This document shows positions 53,798-62,433 of a DNA stretch of 64,000 nucleotides, one piece after another. The notes below the pieces were generated by a model. That model was not told the DNA's origin. It worked only from the letters and a program-made list of their open reading frames with translations, and did not search any database. Location: assembly GCA_039585235.1 (NCBI GenBank), contig JBDGWG010000022.1:780-64779 (forward strand), read 5' to 3'. Position 1 is the first letter of the stretch; each line of letters begins with the position of its first letter. Both the position numbers and the translations under genes were made by a program. Source of the stretch: Gemmatimonadota bacterium (lineage in GTDB: Bacteria; Gemmatimonadota; Gemmatimonadetes; Palauibacterales; Palauibacteraceae).

Positions 53798-54625
53798 TCA
53801 GCTCGGGCGGGCAGGCTTGAACGGTCGGGTAGAGACCTCACACCCCTCTACAACCAGGACGGTCGACTCCGGGATCTCCGTCCAGTACTCCATGACATCG
53901 TTCATCGGCTCGGAGACCACCACGATCGCGTCCTCCGAATACCTCTTGAACGTCGGGTTTAGAGCTTGCAGGGCCCGCATGCTGCGGCTGTGGTACAGCG
54001 TTCGCGACCGGTGGTCGGACGAATAGCGGACCGCGTACAGGTGGTGGCCGTTGGTCAGTCCGACGGTCATCTGCACGGGGTGCTCGATCCCTAAATCCCA
54101 GCCCTTTTCCTCGACGAAGCCCACCATGCGCTCCACGCTGCCGATCGGATCATCCTCGAGCCCGAACGTGAGGGCCAGGTAAAACATCACCTCCGAGTCG
54201 GTGGTGCCTTCCATGAAGTTGTACAGGCTGGGGCTCACCCCGAAGTCAAGGTCGCGCCGCACGCTGGCGAATTCCCTGACGCGTCCGTTGTGCAGGAAGA
54301 GCCAGCGGCCGTGCCGGAACGGGTGGCAGTTGGACTGCTGGACCGGCGTGCCGCCCGTCGCCGCTCGCACGTGGGCGAGGAACATGTGGGACCGGATCTG
54401 CTCGGCGAGGTGCCGGAGATTGGCGTCGTTCCAGGCGGGTTGAATGTCCTTGTATACCCCGGGGGTGTCTCGCGAGCCGAACCATCCGATCCCGAATCCG
54501 TCTCCGTTGGTGGTGCTCGGGCCGCTTCTCGCCGAAAGACTCTGATCGATGATCGAATGCTCCGGCTTGAAGATCAGCTCCTCCAGGTAGAGCGGCGCTC
54601 CCGAATAGGCCAGCCAGCGGCACAT
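53798..54625 (-). CDS. Class II (Ntn) glutamine amidotransferase-family protein (YafJ/EgtC-like)
   Basis: The ATG at 54625 gives MCRWLAYSG with the Cys2 nucleophile. It also has HVRAATGG...NCHPF. Confidence 0.8.
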   Translation of the reverse strand: MCRWLAYSGAPLYLEELIFKPEHSIIDQSLSARSGPSTTNGDGFGIGWFGSRDTPGVYKDIQPAWNDANLRHLAEQIRSHMFLAHVRAATGGTPVQQSNCHPFRHGRWLFLHNGRVREFASVRRDLDFGVSPSLYNFMEGTTDSEVMFYLALTFGLEDDPIGSVERMVGFVEEKGWDLGIEHPVQMTVGLTNGHHLYAVRYSSDHRSRTLYHSRSMRALQALNPTFKRYSEDAIVVVSEPMNDVMEYWTEIPESTVLVVEGCEVSTRPFKPARPS

Positions 54626-54784
54626 GGTGAGTCTCCAGCGATAGGGCGCCCCGGAGCGCGAGGAGTGCACCGGAGGCGCCGGTGAGACCGGTTCACGTCC
54701 CTGACGGTCGGGCAACGAGGTGCGGTGCGCAAGCGCCGGTCGACCTTCTGGCCGGCTCCCTGCGGCTGCCGTATTCTCCTGCGC

Positions 54785-55513
54785 ATGGCCACGTCCCTCA
54801 CTGTCTTCTTCTATGCTTCTGTCGCCGCACTCTCGGCCATCCCCGGTGGCCTGGTGCGCTGGTCAGCCGGTCCCGGCGCCGATCGTTGGGTCGGGTGGGC
54901 GCACGCGCTGGCGGCCGGCGGGATGCTGGGGGCAGCCTTCGTCCTGACCGTCGTTCCTGACGTCGCAGCCGGCTACGCAGCGATCGGAGCTGCCATTGGC
55001 GTAGCCCTAATCGTGGCGACACACGCGATCACCGGCCTCGACACGCTGGACCTCAGCCGGCCGCGCCCCGAGGATCCGACGGCCGCGGGCCGCCTCGTTA
55101 AAGTCCACGCTCTGCACGCGTGCACCGAAGGGGTGGCCATCGGCGTTGCCATGGCCGTGGACCTGTCACTCGGCGTCTTCATGGCCCTCGCCATCGCGGT
55201 GCACAACGTTCCCGAAGCCGCGCTCCTCAGCCGCGCGACTCGGCGGCGGGGAGCCAGCCGGGCCCGCTCGGCGGCCCTGGCTGCAATCTCCAACATCGGC
55301 CAGCCGGGGCTGGCCGTCGTTGCCTGGCTCCTGATCGCGGCCGCCCCCTGGTCCCTGCCGTGGATCCTCGGGCTGGCGGTCGGAGCGTTGCTCACCCTCG
55401 TGATGACCGAACTGCTCCCCGCGTCGTATCGCGAGGCCGGATCTACGAGCATCGCGCTGTTGGCCAGCGTTGCGCTCGGCCTCGTCATCCTGTTCAGCGG
55501 GATTCTGTCGTGA
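54785..55513 (+). CDS. ZIP-family metal transporter
   Basis: Polytopic, with the HNVPEAALLS signature. The start at 54785 is chosen by the onset of hydrophobicity. Confidence 0.7.
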   Translation: MATSLTVFFYASVAALSAIPGGLVRWSAGPGADRWVGWAHALAAGGMLGAAFVLTVVPDVAAGYAAIGAAIGVALIVATHAITGLDTLDLSRPRPEDPTAAGRLVKVHALHACTEGVAIGVAMAVDLSLGVFMALAIAVHNVPEAALLSRATRRRGASRARSAALAAISNIGQPGLAVVAWLLIAAAPWSLPWILGLAVGALLTLVMTELLPASYREAGSTSIALLASVALGLVILFSGILS

Positions 55514-56253
55514 GAGACGTCGGGCTGGTCTTCGCCTATGGACTGGTCACCGCTCTCGCCACGGGTCTCGGAGCGCTGCCTTTCCTATCGGTCCGAGCGA
55601 TCTCAGGGCGTACGGTCGGCCGCCTCAATGCCGTCGCCTCGGGCCTGATGCTGGGCGCGAGCTTCGGGCTCCTGGCGGAAGGCACCCGGTTCGGAGGCTG
55701 GCAGACGTTCATCGGGGGGCTTGTCGGAGTCCTGTTCATCCTCGCCACGAATCGGTACCTCCGGGAGCGTCACGTGCACCCGGGCGTCGCGACGGGAGCC
55801 GGGGGAGACGGACTCCGCCGCATGGTCCTGATCGTGACGGTGATGACGGTCCACTCTCTTGCCGAGGGTGTGGCCATCGGAACGTCGTTCGGTGGAGGTA
55901 TGGCCCTCGCAACGTTCATCACCGTGGCGATCGCCGTCCACAACATCCCCGAGGGGGTGGCAATCAGCGCGGTCCTCAGGTCCAACGGCGTCAGCGTACC
56001 GAGGTGCGCCGGCTGGAGCATCGTCTCCTCGCTGCCCCAGCCGGTGATGGCGGTTCCCGCCTTTCTCTTCGTCGAAGCCTTCGCGCCAGCGCTTCCGTAC
56101 GGCATCGGGTTCGCCGCGGGGGCGATGGTATTCATGGTCATGCTCGAGATCCTGCCCGAGGCATACGGCAAGGGGTCGGCGCGTGAGGTAGGAGTGATCG
56201 CGACGCTGTCGATGATCGCGATGATCCTGTTTCAGAAGGTGGTGGCGGGCTAG
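55510..56253 (+). CDS. ZIP-family metal transporter (second tandem copy)
   Basis: The GTG at 55510 overlaps the upstream stop (GTGA). Motifs are HSLAEGVAIG and HNIPEGVAIS. Confidence 0.75.
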   Translation: MRDVGLVFAYGLVTALATGLGALPFLSVRAISGRTVGRLNAVASGLMLGASFGLLAEGTRFGGWQTFIGGLVGVLFILATNRYLRERHVHPGVATGAGGDGLRRMVLIVTVMTVHSLAEGVAIGTSFGGGMALATFITVAIAVHNIPEGVAISAVLRSNGVSVPRCAGWSIVSSLPQPVMAVPAFLFVEAFAPALPYGIGFAAGAMVFMVMLEILPEAYGKGSAREVGVIATLSMIAMILFQKVVAG

Positions 56254-56345
56254 GAGGGCTCACCCGGCGCCCGAGCGTGTAGACGAACAGGATTGGAGCG
56301 GTTCGACAGGGCCGCTCGCAGCCGACCTAACGATCGGAGGGCGCC

Positions 56346-56939
56346 GTGCGGAATGGACCGAAGTCAGTCGCACCCCGTGTCCTGATGCTCGCAGTCTCAT
56401 CGTGGCTGCTGTTCCAGGCGCCGGCGGACCTGCATGCGCAGCAGGCGCGCACGATGGTCAGAGGTGAAGCCAGTCATGGGGGCTTCGGCGCAATCGTATT
56501 CAAGGGATCCGGAGTGAACGATCAGTTCGCAGGATTCTTCGGGGCCCGTGGAGCATGGCTCATCGATCACGTGTTCGCTCTGGGTGTCGGTGGCTACATG
56601 ATGGGGGGTGGGGTGGACGTCCAGCGGCCGAGCGGCCAGAGGTCGCTCGACATGTGGTACGGTGGCGCTGAGATCGAGTTCATCAGCGGCTGGAGCCAGG
56701 TGTATCACATCACCTTTCTCACCCTGGTCGGAGGGGGCTCGCTGGGCCTGGAAGGTGAGTCCGATGGGATTTGGACGGTCGAGCCGGAGCTGAACCTCGA
56801 AGTCAACGTGACCCCGTACTTCCGTCTGAACTTCGGAGGGGGGTACCGCTTCGTGTGGGACGTGGATTACCCCGAGCTCGGTAACGGTGACCTGAGTCAG
56901 TTCTTCGGACAGGTATCACTGAAGTTCGGGGCTTTCTAG
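56346..56939 (+). CDS. Secreted protein, probably a small OM beta-barrel
   Basis: Signal peptide VLMLAVSSWLLFQAPADLHA. It shows a Gly/aromatic alternating pattern and a C-terminal Phe (SLKFGAF). Confidence 0.6.
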   Translation: MRNGPKSVAPRVLMLAVSSWLLFQAPADLHAQQARTMVRGEASHGGFGAIVFKGSGVNDQFAGFFGARGAWLIDHVFALGVGGYMMGGGVDVQRPSGQRSLDMWYGGAEIEFISGWSQVYHITFLTLVGGGSLGLEGESDGIWTVEPELNLEVNVTPYFRLNFGGGYRFVWDVDYPELGNGDLSQFFGQVSLKFGAF

Positions 56940-57041
56940 TCACTCCGGCGCTCCAGCAGGGCCTCTCGCGGGCTTGCCGGTAACCCGGCAGCGCGTTTAG
57001 TCTGCGGTTTCGATTCGGACTACCTTCAAAGCGCTCCGGCC

Positions 57042-57809
57042 ATGTCCTCCTTGCACGCCGTCGTCGTCGTTCCGGCCCGCTACGACTCGCAGCGGTTCCC
57101 GGGCAAAGTCCTGGCCGAGATCGGCGGGAAGCCTCTCATCCAGTGGGTATACGAGCGCGCGGCCATGGCGCAGCGGGTGGACCGGGCGTTCATTGCCACG
57201 GATTCGGATCGTGTGGAGCGGGCATGCAGGGCTTTCACGGACGACGTCTGGCTCTCCAGGTCCCCGCACGCGAGCGGCACGGACCGGATCGCGGAGGTCG
57301 CGCGCGAGGTCGACGCGGAGATCTTCATCAATGTGCAGACCGACGAGCCGATGATGGATCCGGATCTCGTGGACGCCCTGATCGTGCTCATGGACACCGG
57401 GAATATCGACTTCGCCAGCGCCGTTGCCCCGATTCACGCGATGAATGACTTTCTGGATCCGAACGTCGTGAAGGTCGTATGCGACGCCGGCGGCGATGCG
57501 CTCTACTTCTCCAGAGCCCCGATCCCATGGCCGAGGGAAGCGACCGTGGCACCCGATGCCCCGTGGCCCGATGGACTCCGAGCCTTGAAACACATAGGGA
57601 TCTACGGGTACCGGCGGGAGGCTCTGCTCGATCTGTCACGGCTGCCTCGTTCGGAGGTGGAGATCACCGAGAGCCTCGAGCAACTGCGGGTCCTGGACCG
57701 GGGGTGGAAGATGCGCATCCTCGAGTGGGACTACAAGGGGATCGGAGTCGACACCGCGTCGGACCTCGATCGACTTCGAAAACACATTAAAAAAGATACT
57801 TCAAGTTAA
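57042..57809 (+). CDS. kdsB: 3-deoxy-manno-octulosonate cytidylyltransferase (CMP-Kdo synthetase)
   Basis: Motifs VVVPARYDSQRFPGKVLAEIGGKPLIQWVYERA, SGTDRIAEV and VQTDEPM. Confidence 0.9.
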   Translation: MSSLHAVVVVPARYDSQRFPGKVLAEIGGKPLIQWVYERAAMAQRVDRAFIATDSDRVERACRAFTDDVWLSRSPHASGTDRIAEVAREVDAEIFINVQTDEPMMDPDLVDALIVLMDTGNIDFASAVAPIHAMNDFLDPNVVKVVCDAGGDALYFSRAPIPWPREATVAPDAPWPDGLRALKHIGIYGYRREALLDLSRLPRSEVEITESLEQLRVLDRGWKMRILEWDYKGIGVDTASDLDRLRKHIKKDTSS

Positions 57810-57823
57810 TAGGAGATATTCCG

Positions 57824-59011
57824 TTGCCTGGTTTCGAGTGGTTTGGGGATGAGGAGCGCCGGGAGGTTGGGGACGTCCTCGAAACGGGGGTCCTGTTCCG
57901 CTACGGCTTCGACGACGCCCGCGGCGGCCACTGGAAGGCCCGCACGTTCGAGGAGGAGCTTTCCCGGAGGCTCGGCGTTCGCCACGCGCACCTGTGCTCG
58001 AGCGGGACTTCGGCCCTCGACATCGCGATGGCGGCGTGCGGGGTCGGAGCCGGCGACGAGGTGATCGTTCCCCCGTTCACCTTCATAGCGACGATCGAGG
58101 GAGTGCTCCAGGCGGGGGCCGTTCCGGTGTTCGCGGACATCGAGGAGACGCTGTGCCTCGATCCGGACTCGGTGAAGGCGCGCGTGACGGAGCGCACTCG
58201 GGCCGTAATCCCGGTGCACATGTGCGGGTCCATGGCCCGAATCGACGAGCTGAAGGCCGTGTGTTCCAGCGCGGGTTTGGCGATGATCGAAGACACGGCG
58301 CAGGCACTGGGTGCGAGTTTCGAAGGCCGATCTCTGGGGACATTCGGCGACATGGGGTGTTTCTCGTTCGACCCGGTGAAGACAATCACGTGCGGCGAGG
58401 GTGGGGCGGTCGTGACGGACGACGAGGACCTGTACCATCGGGCCGAGCAGTACGCCGACCACGGCCACGATCACGTGGGAAGCGACCGCGGCGCGGAGGG
58501 ACACCCGATCCTCGGCACGAATCACCGGATCAGCGAGCTCGGGGCGGCGGTGGGCCTGGCGCAACTGCGGAAGTTGGACCGGATCCTCGCGGTACAGCGC
58601 CGACATAAGGCACGGCTGCGTGACGCGTTTGCCACATGTCGCGGGGTGAGTTTCCGCGAGATTCCGGATCCGGCGGGGGATTCGGCCACGTTCCTGTCGA
58701 TCTTCGCCCCGGACGAGAGTACGGCCCGGTCGTGGACCGCGTCCCTGGCCGAGGCCGGCGTGCCGGGCTGCTTCTACTGGTACGACAACAACTGGCACTA
58801 CGCGCGCAAATGGGATCACATGAGGGAACTGAGCACTCCGGGCCGATCCGCGCTCGCTTTGCTCGATCCGCCGCCGGACCTCTACGCGGCGGACATAGAG
58901 CGCTCGGACAGGGTCATTTCGCGCACGATCTCCATGTTGGTCAAACTGTCCTGGACCGACGACGAGTTGAGCGCGATACAGGAACGGATCGCGGCGGCGC
59001 TGGAGGGCTGA
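57824..59011 (+). CDS. DegT/DnrJ/EryC1-family PLP aminotransferase (KdnA-like candidate)
   Basis: The TTG start lies 7 nt after AGGAGA. Fold-type I sugar aminotransferase patterns are present (SGTSALDIAM, FSFDPVKTITCGEGG, which contains the PLP-Lys context). Confidence 0.8.
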   Translation: MPGFEWFGDEERREVGDVLETGVLFRYGFDDARGGHWKARTFEEELSRRLGVRHAHLCSSGTSALDIAMAACGVGAGDEVIVPPFTFIATIEGVLQAGAVPVFADIEETLCLDPDSVKARVTERTRAVIPVHMCGSMARIDELKAVCSSAGLAMIEDTAQALGASFEGRSLGTFGDMGCFSFDPVKTITCGEGGAVVTDDEDLYHRAEQYADHGHDHVGSDRGAEGHPILGTNHRISELGAAVGLAQLRKLDRILAVQRRHKARLRDAFATCRGVSFREIPDPAGDSATFLSIFAPDESTARSWTASLAEAGVPGCFYWYDNNWHYARKWDHMRELSTPGRSALALLDPPPDLYAADIERSDRVISRTISMLVKLSWTDDELSAIQERIAAALEG

Positions 59012-59014
59012 CTG

Positions 59015-60085
59015 ATGTTCAGGAACTTCCCCATGATCTCTCGCGTGGTCTACGGTCGCGGCAGTTTCGACCAGCTGGATGAGATCCTCGCGGAGCGAAG
59101 GCGGCCCGGCCGCGATTCCATGATCTTCGTGGTCGACGACGTGTTCGACGGGGCCCGGCTGGCGGACCGCGTACCGGTGAGGGAAGGCGACGTGCTTCTG
59201 TGGGCGAACGTGGACGTCGAGCCCAAGACGTCGTACGTGGACGAAATGACGGACCTGGCGCGGGCGGCGGCGGGAGACAAGCCAGCGGGGATCGTGGGGA
59301 TCGGCGGCGGAAGCGTCATGGACCTCGCCAAGGCGATTTCGCTCATGCTCACGAATCCGGGATCGTCGGCCGACTACCAGGGCTGGGACCTGATCCGCGA
59401 GGCTTCGATCTATCACGTGGGAGTCCCGACCCTCTCGGGCACTGGAGCCGAGGTCTCGCGTACGGCGGTGCTGACCGGGCCCGAGAAGAAGCTGGGCCTC
59501 AACTCCGACCACACCGTGTTCGACCAGGTGGTTCTCGATCCGGATCTGATCGCCGACGCACCGGATCGCCAGCGCTTCTACACGGGCATGGACTGCTACA
59601 TCCACTGCGTCGAGTCCCTGGAGGGCACGTATCTCAATGCGTTCAGCGAGGCTTACGGCTCGAAGGCGCTCGAGCTGTGCCGGGAAGTCTTCCTGGGAGA
59701 GCGGACGCCGGAGTCGGACGAGAAGCTCATGATGGCGTCGTTCTTCGGCGGCATGAGCATCGCTTACTCGCAGGTGGGCGTGGCGCACGCGACCTCGTAC
59801 GGGCTTTCCTACGTCCTGGGGCTGAAGCATGGGGAGGGGAACTGCGTGGCGTTCAACCACCTCGAGGAGTTCTATCCCGAGGGGGTCGAGGAATTTCACC
59901 GGATGGCCGAACTGGCGGCCATCGACCTCCCGACCGGTGTGATCCAGGCGCTGTCGGACGACCAGATGGAGCGCATGATGGACGTGTCGCTGGGCATGGC
60001 TCCCCTGTGGGAAAACGCGCTCGGCCCGGCCTGGCGGGAGCGCATGACGAGGGACCGCCTGCGGTCTCTATACGAGAGGATGTGA
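59015..60085 (+). CDS. Iron-containing (group III) alcohol dehydrogenase-family protein (KdnB-like candidate)
   Basis: Motifs GIGGGSVMDLAK, MDCYIHCVES, GVAHATSYGLS and KHGEGNCV. The start lies 3 nt after the upstream stop. Confidence 0.8.
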   Translation: MFRNFPMISRVVYGRGSFDQLDEILAERRRPGRDSMIFVVDDVFDGARLADRVPVREGDVLLWANVDVEPKTSYVDEMTDLARAAAGDKPAGIVGIGGGSVMDLAKAISLMLTNPGSSADYQGWDLIREASIYHVGVPTLSGTGAEVSRTAVLTGPEKKLGLNSDHTVFDQVVLDPDLIADAPDRQRFYTGMDCYIHCVESLEGTYLNAFSEAYGSKALELCREVFLGERTPESDEKLMMASFFGGMSIAYSQVGVAHATSYGLSYVLGLKHGEGNCVAFNHLEEFYPEGVEEFHRMAELAAIDLPTGVIQALSDDQMERMMDVSLGMAPLWENALGPAWRERMTRDRLRSLYERM

Positions 60086-60091
60086 CGGAGC

Positions 60092-60442
60092 GTGCCGGGA
60101 CCGGTGACCGAAGGCCCGAATCCCCTGAGAACGCGGATCTACGAGGTCGTTAGGCGCATCCCCGTCGGACAGGTGGCCACCTACGGCCAGGTTGCGAGGC
60201 TGGCGGGAGTGCGCGGGCACGCCAGGCAGGTAGGCTACGCCTTACACGACCTCCCGGAGGGCAGTGACGTTCCGTGGCACCGGGTGATCAACGCGCGCGG
60301 CGAGATCAGCCTCAGGAGTTCCTCGGGTGCGGACCACGAGCAAAGGCGGCTCCTGGAGGAAGAGGGAATCGACTTTGGAAGCGGAGGGAGGATCGAGCTC
60401 TCGCGGCACCGGTGGCGAGCCCATCCCGTGCTGTCGGAATGA
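60092..60442 (+). CDS. Alkyltransferase-like (ATL) protein, MGMT DNA-binding domain without the acceptor Cys
   Basis: It has IPVGQVATYGQVARLAG and VPWHRVIN, where Trp replaces the Cys of the PCHRV motif. Confidence 0.8.
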   Translation: MPGPVTEGPNPLRTRIYEVVRRIPVGQVATYGQVARLAGVRGHARQVGYALHDLPEGSDVPWHRVINARGEISLRSSSGADHEQRRLLEEEGIDFGSGGRIELSRHRWRAHPVLSE

Positions 60443-60646
60443 GAATCCGCCGGGCGGGGTCTAATGCTCGAATGGGGGGAGAGCCTCGTCACGGCCGTAT
60501 GTACCTGGCGCTGCCTGCCCCGGATCCCGAACAGATGGCGGGGGAGAACCACATGTCGGGGCCCGACACCATGGACCGACCCGGTCGTTCGCCCGACTTC
60601 AGCCTTGCGCGCAGCGGCTGAGTCCCGGGTCCGGGAGACGAACGGC

Positions 60647-61219
60647 GTGACGGAACGGACGGAGTCTGCATCCGATCGTGACTTGATCGACAGAGCCCGC
60701 GCGGGCGACGAGCGCGCGTTCCAGGACCTCGTGGAGCGCTACGAGCCTCGGGTGGCAGCCACCGTGGTTGGAATGCTCGGCCCGGGCGACGAGGCGGAAG
60801 ATGTGGGCCAGGAGACCTTCATTCGCCTGTATTGTTCGCTGGAGCGGTTCCGAGGCGAATCGAGTCTCGGGACATACGTGACACGCATCGCGATCAACCT
60901 GTCGCTGACGGCCCTGAAGCGGCGCCAGCGGTGGACATCGAGGTTCGTGCGCCAGGACGAACGGGAGTGGGAACCCCCTGAGGCATCCCGAGACCCGCGC
61001 GGAGAGCAGGATCGGGAGGACACGGCTCGGACGGTCCGGGCGGCCGTGGAGCGGCTGGCGCCGAATCACAGGTCCGTCGTCGTGCTCAGGATGATCGACG
61101 GCTACTCGACGAGGGAGACGGCGGAAATACTAGGCATACCGGTGGGGACCGTCATGTCGCGCCTCGCTCGGGCGATGGACCGGCTGGAGACAGATATGAA
61201 GGAGAATGAGGATGGATGA
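60647..61219 (+). CDS. ECF-type RNA polymerase sigma-70 family factor
   Basis: The GTG at 60647 begins the protein. Region 2 reads DERAFQDLVERYEPRV...GPGDEAEDVGQETFIRLY, and region 4 reads VLRMIDGYSTRETAEILGIPVGTVMSRLARA. Confidence 0.85.
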   Translation: MTERTESASDRDLIDRARAGDERAFQDLVERYEPRVAATVVGMLGPGDEAEDVGQETFIRLYCSLERFRGESSLGTYVTRIAINLSLTALKRRQRWTSRFVRQDEREWEPPEASRDPRGEQDREDTARTVRAAVERLAPNHRSVVVLRMIDGYSTRETAEILGIPVGTVMSRLARAMDRLETDMKENEDG

Positions 61220-61619
61220 CCACGAGCTGCTGATCCGGTACAGGGACGGAGACCTGTCGGAAGAGGAGACAGCCCGGGTCGCCGAGAGGTTGCGGGACGA
61301 CGCCGTGCTGAAGTCAAGTCTGGAGAACATGGATGCGCTCGCGGCAACCCTCGAGCAGGGCGCTGCCGACTCGTTCGGTCCGTTCTTTTCCGCCAGGGTG
61401 ATGGCGAGGATCCGACGGGCCGATGCCGCGGGGCCGGTCGAGGGGATGTACGAGGCTCTGCGCTGGATGTTCGCCCGGGCTGTCGTGGCCTGTCTCGTGA
61501 TGGTGGTCGGGATCGGCCTCTACTCGGCGATTGGCGGCGGGTATGGAGGCTCGATGGTCGACGCGATGCTCGGTCTGCCGGAGGCCACGCTGGAAACGGC
61601 CCTCACTCTCGGAGGCTGA
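61206..61619 (+). CDS. Putative anti-sigma factor (single TM)
   Basis: It overlaps the sigma gene by 14 nt. The N-terminus reads LLIRYRDGDLSEEE, and the TM segment is AVVACLVMVVGIGLYSAIG. Confidence 0.65.
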   Translation: MRMDDHELLIRYRDGDLSEEETARVAERLRDDAVLKSSLENMDALAATLEQGAADSFGPFFSARVMARIRRADAAGPVEGMYEALRWMFARAVVACLVMVVGIGLYSAIGGGYGGSMVDAMLGLPEATLETALTLGG

Positions 61620-61629
61620 GGAGCGAGCC

Positions 61630-62097
61630 ATGCAGACACGTACGAAGTCCGCCTTTCTTCTCCTGACAGTGCTGGTTCTCGGCATGGTGATCGGCATCCT
61701 GATCAGCGGTGTGTTGCATAACCGCCGCATGCAGAGAATCGCCCGGATCCGCACGGGTCCGGGTATCTCTCAGCTGATCGAGCGAGCGGTCGAGCCGGAG
61801 AGCGAGGAGCAGAGGGCCCGCATCCGCGAGATCATGCAGGACGCGGCGCCCCGATTCGAGGAGGTCTTCCAGCGCACTCAGGAGGAAATGCGAGTCCTGT
61901 CCGACTCCGTGATGTCGGAGCTCGAGGCGATCCTCAATCCGGAGCAGATGGAGGAGCTGAGAAGGCACATGGAGATGCGCCGCCGCCCGCCGCCCGAAGG
62001 GTGGCGCGGCAGACAGAGGCCGGGTCGGAAGCCGCCACGTGACGGTCCGCCGGGCGGCGCCCCACCACCCGACGCGCCTCCACCTCCGCCCGAGTAG
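61630..62097 (+). CDS. Periplasmic Spy/CpxP-like (LTXXQ-type) protein, third gene of the ECF module
   Basis: The ATG at 61630 is followed by the TM/signal segment AFLLLTVLVLGMVIGILI and helical EEQRARIREIM...LNPEQMEELRRHM. The tail is Pro/Gly-rich. Confidence 0.6.
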   Translation: MQTRTKSAFLLLTVLVLGMVIGILISGVLHNRRMQRIARIRTGPGISQLIERAVEPESEEQRARIREIMQDAAPRFEEVFQRTQEEMRVLSDSVMSELEAILNPEQMEELRRHMEMRRRPPPEGWRGRQRPGRKPPRDGPPGGAPPPDAPPPPPE

Positions 62098-62321
62098 CCT
62101 GGCGCCGACCAGCCCGCACGTTGCACGTGGCGCAGCGCGGGATCATACAATATGCGGCACCCTGCAAAGAGTGCTTCGGTTCGCCCGACGCCCTGCTGCG
62201 CGGGTGCAACGATCCGGTGTCGCGTGAGACCGGTCTGGCGCGTCGTGTAGGGCAGGCCGCGCGCCGCGCGTGTGCGCCGGCGGCGGCCTTCCGCGACTCG
62301 GGGGGTGAACGAGTCGCTCCT

Positions 62322-62337
62322 TGGCATACCTTTCGCG
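62322..62337 (+). promoter_or_regulatory. Sigma54-like -24/-12 promoter upstream of the orphan tadE-like gene
   Basis: TGGCAT-ACCTT-TCGCG has GG-N10-GC spacing and shares the CTTGGCATAC core with the element at 21923. The leader is about 85 nt. Confidence 0.4.
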
Positions 62338-62382
62338 GTGACCGTGGGGGGGACTGCGCCTGTTGGTCGTTGGCGCGATCGT

Positions 62383-62411
62383 GATTATCTTGGTAATACC
62401 AGTAGATAATC
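62383..62411 (+). other. Imperfect palindrome / hairpin in the predicted 5' leader of the tadE-like gene
   Basis: GATTATCT-TGGTAATACCA-GT-AGATAATC forms 8-bp outer arms plus an inner TGGTA/TACCA. It is AT-rich and lies 22 nt upstream of the GTG start. Confidence 0.4.
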
Positions 62412-62433
62412 AGACTGTCAGGGGGATATAAAC

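Noticed and set aside
54749-54763. Sigma54-like element TGGCCG-GCTCC-CTGC upstream of the first ZIP gene
   Set aside because: Both halves are degenerate. The implied TSS would leave only about 10 nt of leader, with no room for an RBS.
57806-59899. 697-aa ORF on the minus strand
   Set aside because: It lies entirely antisense to the well-supported aminotransferase and alcohol dehydrogenase genes. Its translation is Arg/His/Pro/Val-rich with no recognisable motif. This is a typical GC-rich shadow ORF.
60464-60646. Upstream extension of the ECF sigma ORF (track start 60464)
   Set aside because: The extra 61 residues are Trp/Arg/Pro-rich with no sigma region 1 features. ECF sigma factors start close to region 2, which begins just after the GTG at 60647.
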